Source of the DNA: Mytilus edulis
Lineage: Eukaryota
DNA length: 64,000 nucleotides
Direction: 5' to 3'
Assembly: GCF_963676685.1 (NCBI RefSeq)
Contig: NC_092357.1
Location: 21,638,001-21,702,000 of the forward strand
In this document: positions 50,888 through 62,800 of the stretch, in pieces
How the letters are laid out: each line of letters opens with the position of its first letter
Position numbering within the stretch: the stretch's first letter is position 1
Position numbers and translations under genes: made by a program
Notes under the pieces: model-generated
The model's database searches: none
Told to the model about the DNA's origin: nothing
The model's input: only the letters and a program-made list of their open reading frames with translations

Positions 50888-53800
50888 CTATGAAATAGAA
50901 ATACAAATGTCAATATTAATGTACAATACAGTGTTGACTGATGTACCCCTATTGTGAAATCATTACCTTTTAGGCATTTTTGTCAATACAATTAAATATT
51001 ATGCGCCTTACCTACAAGTGAAAGGTTTAGCTAGCTATAAAACCAGGTTAAATCCACAAATTTCTAATAAAGAACATGTCTGTACCAAAACAGGAATGGG
51101 ACAGTTGTTTTTCAATCGTTTTATGTGTTTGAGGTTTTGATTTTGCCATTTGAAAACAAATTTCCCTGTTTAAAAAGTTAGGGCCAATTTGTCCGGATTT
51201 TTTTTCACAGAAAGGCCAATTTCAAAAAGTACCAACAGAATAAAATTTACTATAAAAACAAAAAATAAAAAAAAATGCTTTTGATCAATATCTCGATTTA
51301 CATATATTATGATACGTGTGATAAATATTTAATCTTACCCTCAAAAAGGATGAAAGTCCAATATGCGGAATTTGTTTTTAGGTGGGAAATAAAGAGAATC
51401 CCCAAAGAAGGACATTTCACACCAAAAAAAAAAGTTATGTTTTTCGTAACTGTGGCAATTTATACTATATTTTCCGTCAGATATGAAATTGGTTGAGTGT
51501 GTCCTTATTATATAAAAAACAACTTTTTAATGGAAAAATTGTAACATCTCTAAATTGTGCCGATATAGCTCCTTATTAAGAATATTATGGTCAAGTATCG
51601 CGATGGCTCAATCAGTAGAGCATAGAACTACAAATGACATATTGTTTTCAAGCTAGGGTTCGAATCTCGCTCAGACTTTTTGCTTTTATTTGTTTAATGT
51701 TTCTATCATATTTTTTCGGATGTTTGCTTAATTCATAGAGTCATTTAGGTTCATTTTGACTATATAGTATAAATCATTTTATTAAAAAAAATACTGTATC
51801 GCTTATTGTGTGCATTCCTATGACTGCCCATACTCTTGACTTATTTTCTATTCATGTTTCCATTGATAACATATATGCAAAGAACAACTGCCGTCAAACT
51901 GAAGAAGGTGGCTATAAATAACCAATAACACGAGAATTGATTCTAAAGCAATGAATCCCAAATGTTGCATGTATAATTAATATACACATAACATAAAATA
52001 AGGTCATTGTATACAAGTTTCAAAACAACACAAACAATTTTTCGAAACTTGATGCTTATATTAGGTAAGATGGAGATGTTCGAGTATTCCTATCGTGTGT
52101 ACAATGTACATAGTGCAGTCAACAGCAATCAATTTTGTCGCCAATTCACTAACTGTGTAGATACTAGTACTGAAATTCTTACCACCGTCCCTACACCGGT
52201 AACTAAGTCATCAGAAAATAAGACAACACCACAGGACAAATCAATTACACTACAAATCGTGATTGTATACGTAAAACATCAAGAAGCTGTTGCATCTGTA
52301 TCGCAACGAAGGGCCGATTTGTTAAAATGCCAGAAAAGGCCATATAACATGTGTTAGTAACACAAGGTGTTCTATGGCCAGCTGATGTAAGCTGTTCTCC
52401 GGTTACTATATATATAATCTTATCTTATAGACGATAAAACATTAAAAGACCAGGACAAATACAGATATACATATATTAAGAATGTGAAAAACAACATCCC
52501 ATTTGAATTTGTTCAATATTATTTGATTCTTGACAAGTTACGTTGTATGGTACCTTATGCGCATAAAGGGTGTTAAAAATTAGATACAATCAATATAAAA
52601 CAATCAATAGTCTTGGCCTTGATTTTTTGTAAGAATACCTGTTCAAGGTAGGAAAATAGATGATGTGACGTATTTCAATGTACTATTATTAGCATATATC
52701 GGGCTATTTAAAACATTTACCTATCTTATCGAATGAAATGAATTGAGGGGAAATTGGCCATACCTCTTTTCCTTTGAGTTGGGTATTTTTGTTATTTTAC
52801 AATAATGTCTATGTAAAAAGTATCCGGTTGTATTTCATTGTCTCCTTTTGAATTGCATCTGCACATCATCATTATTTGAGAATAATTCATTCTATGAAAA
52901 GCTAGTACAATTTATTAATTAAGTAATACATAAGATTAAGTTTATTGTAACCCAGCATGTCTCTACAGACACGGACAAAGGAAACACGTTTGGATATTTT
53001 AACACCGTACGATGGTGTTAATGGAGCACCAGCGTCCATAAAACAATCACAATAAGACATTTTTTTTCCCGTTTTGTTGTAAATTTGTGTGTTACATTCG
53101 TCGTGTAAAACTAAAAAATCGACGTTTAGAAGCGGACAGTTATTGCTTTTAAGTACAGTTGGAAAACTTCAGGAGTATAATAAGATTTATAAACTAGAAT
53201 TGCCATTGCAAGCAATAGCGGATGTCACCCTGGTCCACCAATTGCCACTAAACAGCAGCCATGGTAACGGCAGCCATTTTGGAAATTCCAAAGTTGTATG
53301 CCGCATCTAGATTTACAAGTTTACCTTTCTGCAACGTTTTCAAAATTTTGCTATTTTTGAACAGTTTCCATGGCAACATTTGAAAATTCCAAAGTCATAC
53401 TGCTGCTTCATATTGTGCTCCCAATAATATTATACCATTATATAACATCTAACGGCCGTAGAATTAATCTAAATCTAATGTTCTAGAATGTTCCATCACA
53501 TTTTCACATTTTTGCTGTTTCCATGGAAATGGAAGAAATATTTTAAATTCCAAAGTCAGGTGCACAACTACAGATGGTGATCAACATTATGTTATAGTTT
53601 CATCAATATTGGTCCATTCAGTTCCGAGAACTAAGCTGGACAAAAAAGTGTGGAATAAGAATATGAAAAAAAGAATTGTACAATAACAATATGTCATCCG
53701 ACCATGTCAGGGTGACATAATTATTTGATGAAATAATATATATCATGAAGAAAGTGTGGTTGTTTTATCCGTTTAAACATTGAACTTGTTGAATTTAGGC

Positions 53801-56800
53801 GTGTCTTTATAAGTGTAACCGTAAGCTGAGATTCAAAACAGTACAGTAACAAATTTGCTTTCAAAGTGGCGGAATTGGCGCCTAAAGAAATACTAACAAC
53901 CTGTCGATTAACTAATTTTGAGAAATTTACATTAATGTTGGCATCGAAAAAAATATAAGAAGCATTATTGTTTTTTTGGTCTGCAATATATTGTTCGAAT
54001 GTTTATACTTACCAAAGTCTATTGGGTTGCCTCTGACCACCTAAATAAATGAAAATAAAGCAAAAACATGTCAGAAAAACAAAAGGGTGTCTGGAATTTT
54101 ACTGGATTAATAGTCATCTTAAAGGAGTAAGCTCTGTAAGGGTCATATTTGGCCCCCATTAAAAGTTCAATGCTACAAGATAAGAAAATGTTCAAATTTG
54201 ACTAAAATATTCAATGGACATTTACCCATTCTCATTGTTTCTCGATAAAAATCAAAAAGAGTTTGTTACTCTTGTTACTATTTGTGACGTCATGAATAAA
54301 AGGCAAGAACGTAAATTTACAACAAATTTACTTATTTCCTGTTTACTCAAAGTATTATTCATTGTAATTTTGGTCAATAAATCCCAATTGGAAATTTAAT
54401 CTAACAAATGGGGCAATTTTAGGGTCTTGTCGAACCTACTCATTCTTTTTGCATAGGAAAATTTGTGTACACGACTAACAAAGCAAAATTTCTTTAAAAA
54501 ATGTCTTTAAAAAGACAAAAATGATAAGATACTAGTAGTTAAAAAAAAGGTCTTCAAATTGAAGAATATATGAATGACTAGAAATATACCTTACCTTGCA
54601 AAGAGTGTGAATGCTCCGTATTTTACCAATTTCGACTGCTTTTCTGATGTCATCAAATGTTATATGGGTACCCACGACGGTTTTGTGGAGTGCCTCAAAT
54701 TTCAATCTTTCTGGTTCTTCTCCAAATGTAACATACAGATCATCCCATGGTTGATAGTCCATCCCAAGATGCATTGCCAACTCTTTTGTTTCGGTTATGC
54801 TGTACTGCATTGACAATCGATGTAGATGAATATCTGAGGGAATCTGTTCTAAAAACTCAGTATCGGTTACTGAAATGTTCATAGAAAAAAATATTATCAA
54901 TATTTAAAAGGAATATTAAAAATATAAAGAAGTAGATTTGAAACAATTCTGAATGAGACAACTATTCACAAGAAACCAAAACTTACACATAAATTAACTA
55001 CTATAGGTCACCGTAAGGCCTTTAATAATGAGCCAAAAAAGCACATTTGATAGGATCTTATAATGTCTAATTATAAAATGTTAGGCTTAAAAAAAATCTA
55101 TACGAAATAAGGAATATAACAGTTGTATTCCAGTTGAGCACGTTAATTTTTCATGTTTTATGGACTATAAATAAGTAAATATAAGATATGTTGTATACGA
55201 TCTGAATACCGACAATGATAATGGGTCTGATAAAAATGATGGGTTTGCACGAAAAAATCGATTACATAACTATGATAACATTTTGTCAATTTCTTAGTTG
55301 TTCAACAGTAGAAAAGGTAAAACCATATTCCTCAATGCAATCATACACCGATTTATAAAGTCTTCAAACCTTTTCATCATAAACAATGTAGTTTTTTACT
55401 GATCGCTTTATACACATTCAAAACAACTGCACCGTATTTCAAATTAGGACTATCGACATTAATTGATAAAAAAAATGATACACCTAAAGAATATAAATTA
55501 ATAGAAGTAATGCATTATAAACTAGTGGTATTCCTGCGTCATGTCAAAGCATTTTATCACATTATTACAGATAACAAGAATATAAAAAAATCATGCAGAA
55601 CATCTTTTTCTCTCTCCTTGGAATGAGGATCAAATAATATAGACTCTTCCTTCATTAGATAACGTTGTTTTGTCCTCATTTAAGATTAAACTGTTTAAAA
55701 ACAAAAATGTGTAAACAATTTTCACTAAATAGCAATCATGCAATAGATAAATCATACAGCAAATACGTCACCTGGGCATGATTTTCCACATTGAAATTCG
55801 TCCTAAAATATACATTAACACCGAATAAGTTAATAAGGAAATATGAGTAAGAATAAACAAAAGGGTAATCAGATATAAGGACACAGAGCATTTGGACAAG
55901 AAATAAACAAAACTCACTTTACAGTAGGCTTATGATTAAGTTTATTCGAAAGTAGAAAAAATAAATTCCGGATTCCGGAGCAATGTACGGTTTGCAAGAT
56001 TTTTGGGAAACATGTATTTCAGGTAAATATTCTGGGAATTCTCGCTACATTGAAGACCCATTGGTTGCCTTACGGAGTTTAGTATGACGTCCATTATCAC
56101 TGTACTATTATGCATATTTTAGGGGCCAGCTGAAGGACACCTACGGGTGCGGGAATTCTCGCTACATTGAAGACCCATTGGTTGCCTTCGGCTGTTGTTT
56201 GCTCTATGGTCGGGTGGTTGTCGCTTTGACATAGTCACCATTTCCTTTCTCAATTTTATTTTTTACAGAGTTTGTCTTTAGTGCCGTGTGGAGACAGTAG
56301 AGTGCCTCCCCGTGCTTAAGGTTTATGCTCTTATATTATACTAGATTATGGAGTGTGTGTCCGAGCGAGAACTTCTCTATGTTCATTACTTTAGGAATAT
56401 CTATCAAAAAGTAGTATTTTAATATTCAGCCCCATTCATCTATTTAGTCAGACGTCAGTCGCTACCTTGATATACCCTTTCTTTTTTAAATTTGTCGGGT
56501 AACTTATGACAATAAGCATTTGACGTCTTGAGCCGAACAGTTTTATCATTTTTACACAATTTAATCTACTGTGTGATGGTTCATATTCTGGACGCCAGTC
56601 TTTGCTCCTTTGTAATAAATCTACATACCAAAAAACAAATATGAAGCTTAGAAATGGAAAAATATTAAATACTAAACTCGTTCAAAGGGTATCTACACGT
56701 CTCAATCTTCAGAATCGCTTATCTAAAAATACTACTATAGCTAACGTTTTTAACAATAAAAATCGTGGTTACCCTTCTATCGATAAGTGTCATGCCAAAA

Positions 56801-59800
56801 AATGACTTACGTGTCCCCGTCTTTCCACCAACAATACAGTAAGGTCCACATTTAATGGTCGCACATTTTCTCTAAATTTTGAAACTGATATTACTTGAAA
56901 AACAAACAGTATTATTTATTTACTCACATGAAACAAACCGGGATGCGGTATTCAGTACGTAGGTGAAACTGGGCGATATTTATCTAAACGCACGCAAGAA
57001 CACCTGTATCGTTTTAAAAGACCCAATAAATTCAAAAGTATCATTTATCAACATCTTAAGAAGCACAGTCATCCTATTAAATATTTAACAGTTCAACCTT
57101 TAGAAGTAGTAAATAAGCAGCCTGGTGAATCTCATTCCAAGTTTGTACGATCACGAAAAATAAATGAATTAAATTGGATTAAAAAATTACAGACAGTCTA
57201 CCCTCTCGGTCTTAATGATAATATCATGGGAATTGGCAATATATCAAGAACCGATTCTGTTAACATTTTGGATATAGTTTCTAAAACTGTTCGTAAAAAT
57301 CGTTCTCATGGACGCAGAAAAAATCGCAATCAAAGAAAATTTCGGACTAACCATACAAATATTTCGGACCTAATTTCCATTTCAAAAAACAACGGCAGAC
57401 ATTATCTGTTAACCAAGCTTTGTTCTTTACCTATAAATAAATTAAATAAAATTTTAGAGGATTGCAACACAATTTCATATTACAGTCCTAAGTATGAAAT
57501 TGTCCAAATTATAATGGCATATTGTTATTCTAAACTGTTTCCAAAAATTGATCGACCTGAAGATCATAAAAAACCTTTTATTAAAATAAAGTATGTCAAT
57601 AAAGGTTTTGATTTTGTAAATATTGCCGGCATTTTTAACGACCATTCTGTTAAAGACCAAATTCCTGGATATTTTGATAATACTGAACTCCCTCTCATTT
57701 GTTATATTTACAAGAAATCTACCCGAAAATATGTGTTTAATTATAGCCAATTGTGTAAAGATGTAAATATCACTGAAAATACACCTATGTCGTGTAATTG
57801 CAGTAATTCAGAATACACCTATGGACCAATTTCCCATGTTATAACAGGAGACCTTAACATCGTTCGCGACCGAGAGTTAAAATCATTCCTCAGTAAAGGA
57901 CCTAAATATCGTCCCCCGTCAACTATTAACTGGAATGAGTGTCGTAATATCATCAACGACTCACTCCGCGCCTACTGTTTGAAATGGGTAAAACGGGAAA
58001 AAGCTGACAAAAAATCTTTGGACTCTTTTATTAATTCAGTAATGAAGATAGTTGATATTCGAATACAACATTTTAAAGAACATTTTACCCTCAACAAAAA
58101 CTATAAAAACCCTATTTCGCGTATCAAAAATAAACTAACAGAACTAGCCAAGGAATTTGTTTTTGTCCCGGCTGATAAAGCTGCTAATAATATCATTATT
58201 GTTTGACGTAAATTTTATATAGAGGTTCTGCAAAAGGAAATCACGAATTCACCAACATTCCAACTGACTTCATTTTCAGAAAACGACATCTGTAACAAAC
58301 ATAAACTTTTAGCTACTTCTTTACAAGCAGAACCAAACACAATGAAAGTCCCAACTATGTACTGGCTTCCGAAGCTGCACAAAAAACCTTACAAATATAG
58401 ATTTATTTCATCTTCCAGCCATTGTTCAACTACTAAATTGTCTGTTTTACTTACTAGTACACTTGGTACAATAAAAAACCTGATAATAAATTGTTCAAAT
58501 AAGGCCTTTGAAAATAGTGGAATTAATTACTTTTGGAGTGTCAAAAACTCGTTGGAAGTACTTGATAAATTGCATGCATATATTGGTGATTTTGAATCTG
58601 TTCAAAGTTTTGATTTTTCTACCCTATATACCACTTTGCCTCATATTCTTATTAAGAAAAAATTCACATCCCTAATTAACTGGGCATTTAAAAAGTCGGA
58701 ATGCGAGTACATATGTTCAAACTCTTTTAGATCATTTTTTAGTAGCAATAAACAAAAGAACTATGTCAATTGGACATGCTTTGATACTATTTATGCACTT
58801 GAATTTTTACTTGATAACATTTTTGTTCGCTTTGGAGATTCCGTATATCGTCAAGTTATTGGAATTCCAATGGGGACTAACTGTGCACCACTTATTGCGG
58901 ACCTGTTTTTGTATTGTTATGAGTTACAATTTATGACTAAAATTAGCAAAGACCCATCAAAACAACATTTGATACAAAAATTTAACAATACTTTTAGATA
59001 TTTGGATGATATATTGGCTCTAAATAATGACGACTTCAGTATGTATACTAAAGAAATTTATCCTGTAGAACTTACTTTAAATAAAGCTAATGATAACAAT
59101 GACCACTGCCCTTTCCTCGATCTTGATATCTATATCATAAACGGGAAGCTTAATACAAAAATTTATGATAAAAGAGATGATTTTTCATTTCCTATTGTTA
59201 ATTATCCATTTTTAGATGGTGACGTTCCCTTGTCACCATCTTATGGTGTTTATATATCTCAACTTGTACGATTCGCTCGTGTATGTAACAATGTATTAGA
59301 TTTTAGCGAGAGAAATTTATGTATTACTGAAAAATTATTACACCAGGGTTTTCGATATCACAAACTGGTCAAAACATTTACTAAATTTTATCACCGGTAT
59401 AAGGAAATAATTCGTAAATATAACTCAACATGCAGACATCTTATACGTTCAGGTATTTCACATCCAAAATTTTATGGAAATATTCTTTATAAAGCACAAA
59501 AATGTCAGTATTCTCCTCAGAAACTAACAAAACCTTTAAATAGACTTATTAAAAGGGGATATAGTTACGATACTGTTGTCAGGTCATTAAAGATTGCATA
59601 TTTTGGCTTTAACATTGATTCACTGATAGGGTCTTTGCATCGGAACTAAACACATTTACTTCTAAAAAAACAGTTGTTGGCATGACACGGGTTATGTTCT
59701 TCTCATATATTTTATGATAGTATGATACTAAACCCCTAACGGGAGGGATTGTACCTGATATTCATATGATGAAGACATAATCTTTCAATCAGTTTAATTG

Positions 59801-62800
59801 AGGTCTGGAGCTGGCATGTCAGTTAACTGCTAGTAGTCTGTTGTTATTTATGTATTATTGTCATTTTATTTATTTTCTTTTGTTACATCTTTTGACATCA
59901 GACTCGGACTTCTCTTGAACTGAATTTTAATGTGCGTATTGTTATTCTTTTACTTTTCTACATTGGCTAGAGGTATAGGGGGAGGGTTGAGATCTCATAA
60001 ACATGTTTAACCCCGCCGCAATTTTGCGCCTGCCCCAAGTCAGGAGCCTCTGGCCTTTGTTAGTCTTGTATGATTTTAAATTTTAGTTTCTTGTGTATAA
60101 TTCGGAGTTTAGTATGACGTCCATTATCACTGTACTATTATGCATATTTTAGGGGCCAGCTGAAGGACACCTACGGGTGCGGGAATTCTCGCTACATTGA
60201 AGACCCATTGGTTGCCTTCGGCTGTTGATTGCTCTATGGTCGGGTGGTTGTCGCTTTGACATATTCACCATTTCCTTTCTCAATTTTATTTTCATTATAT
60301 CTCGAAACTAATAATCCTTGTCGAAAGGTTATTGGCCTGTATATAAAAAGTACTGTCAGTATCCCATATAGAAGAGGTAGGAAGACTTTATGCACAAATT
60401 TAAGATACTTCTTTTTCTTATATTGATATTTACCAACAGCCTAATGTCTTATTTCAATCTAAAAGATTGTAAATTTTTTCTTTTTACATTTTGGAAACAG
60501 GACTCACTTATATCTTCTAGTCATATAAATTTATGTGGTACGATGTGTTGTTATTTAAAAAATCATGATTGACCAAACATATAAAACAGAAAAGTTGACC
60601 ATGCATATATTATATGTTTAATGACATAATAGGAATGAGCTACGCTATTAAGATAACATTATCAAAATATTGAACCCTTTTTTTTTATTTAGTAGTCATC
60701 ACTATGTTAAAATCTAAACATAATTTACATACACAACTTTGAATTTGTTTACTTATTATGTTTAACTTATACAACTTTTAAAGAGTATTAGGCAAAAGCA
60801 TTGGAAATTTTGACTCCGGAAAGTTCTTCGATTTCCTATCGTATTTAGCCTTTTAACGTTTTTGATTTGAGTGTCACTAATGAGGCGGTTGCAGACGAAA
60901 CGTGGTGTACACAATTATAATCCAGGTATCGGTGATGTTGTATTCTTTTGCCGAATATACGAGACACGTTCAAAGTTGAAGATAGGTAAATAAAAATACA
61001 ACAGTTCTTTTGCATTTGCCTAGGACTTTAGTTTGAAGTTAATTCTATGTTAAAATTTCTTAATTTCTTAATTTTGAAAATGAATATGTGCCAAGTATTT
61101 AAGATTATTATTCAAAACACATCTATCATGGTATAACCTTAGACTAAATGGTTTAGTGAAAAAATAAATTTTTACAGATATCCATCAAAAAAGTTGAAGA
61201 ACATCAGAAGTTTTTAACGTATTTATAGAAGTTATGTTTTAATTGTATTTACCTTTTGTATGGCCCACGACGACATCATGTCTTTGGTGTGCTCGATTCC
61301 GTGTTTTGGACATATCCATGAACCGTCTTGTTGTTGAAGTGTTGATATTGGCAATAGACAAGGATCGTCAGATGAACTGCAACACAAACTTAGATTGAAA
61401 AAGCTTTTGCTGGCAACAAAATCTGTACTGCTGGTTTTGACGTACAGCTGACTTATTTTCTCAAGAGCAACAGTTAAACATTCACGAATACTAGATGCAA
61501 GATCTCTCATAATGAGTGTTCGATTCCGCAAGTGAACAAGACGGACAACTATGATTTCATCATCACAGTTTACACACATATCTAGAGATTGGTCAATATT
61601 AAAAACAGCTGACCTATGAAACAATAATTCATCATCCTTCTGTCCGTATGTTTTAACTGCAAAGATACTCAAGCAATAACTGATGAATCGAAAGGATAAA
61701 GCCGGTGGTATCATTGAGGAAGAGTAGCTAAAAGCTATAGCGATATTACTCTGAGTGAATGTCGGCGACATAAGATAACCTGTTGTGTCATTGGTTCGTA
61801 CCATGCTGGCAACGTAGTAGAATTCAGCTGGTATACGTGTTTGTGACTTATCATATCGTTTGGGTTCAACTAGTATATCAAGATGTGTCATGACTCCTAA
61901 TAAATATTCCTTATGATCTTTAAACTTTATGTACTTTTTCTTCTTCCAGATTTTTTCTATGGAAGTCTTCTCTATTATGCCTTTCTTACTCATCAAATCC
62001 CAAGATTTCAGTCTCTTTGTGTCACCTTTACAAAAGCTTCTATCAGTAACGATCGATTTAAAGGCATCAATCAGATGTGTCGGCGACAGAATGATGTGTT
62101 GATCCAAATTAACCTCATCAAAGTATAAGATCCGTCCAACAGAGTGCTGAAATTTGAGAAATACTTTCAATTCTTCTTCAGTTAATGGTCGAACAGGTTG
62201 AAGGGAATTAATTCTCTCCATTTGCTCCATTGTTATTGACAGATTGTTTCTACTCAGAAGTGACTCGAATTCCCATTCAAGAGGAATGAAGCATTTGGGA
62301 AGATGCTGTCCCCATGTCGGTTGCATCATTGCCTGCTCAGTTATAACCTTTTTGATTTTCGCCATTTCTGGATCACGTTTGTTCTTTGTATTTACAAATA
62401 TTTGCTCTTTAATTACTAGATGCGACAGTAATGGACTTCCAGAAAACATCTTCTCTATTTCACGAAATAATTTGCGACGTCTTGCTTCAACTTCCATCTG
62501 TAAACAAACCTGTTGTCTTGAGTTTTGTGAATATATAGAATACCAAACTGTTATACATGTAGCTGAATAATACATACTAGTAATGAAATGATATCTACTT
62601 GCGTATTTCATTAATAGTTCTATAAATGTAATATGTAGTTTATAATAAACACACTTTAATATATACATTTTCTTTTTCTGCATTTTAGTGCAGACTAGAA
62701 CAATGTTACTGCAACTGTTTTATACGAAAATTTCTTTTTCAGTAAATTTAAAACAATATAGAAGCCATTTGTTTATATCAATCTGTCGTTGATGTTGCTA

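Larger units (their letters stand above)
56034..60292 (+). mobile_element. Full-length Penelope-like retroelement, Naiad type (N-terminal GIY-YIG), antisense in a Roco gene intron
   Basis: Direct terminal repeats 56073-56262 and 60103-60292 (2 mismatches in 190 bp), an extra partial copy at 56034-56071, and a single EN-CxC-RT frame. Confidence 0.93.

Noticed and set aside
56127-56200. HDV-like or hammerhead ribozyme in the pLTR
   Set aside because: No CUGANGA/GAAA core, and I could not build the HDV P3/L3/P1.1 nested pseudoknot; kept only as an unclassified fold.
56602-59649. Reading the element as a dead pseudogene or as three separate genes
   Set aside because: One frame, only TGA interruptions at Cys-like sites, a SECIS downstream and near-identical terminal repeats.
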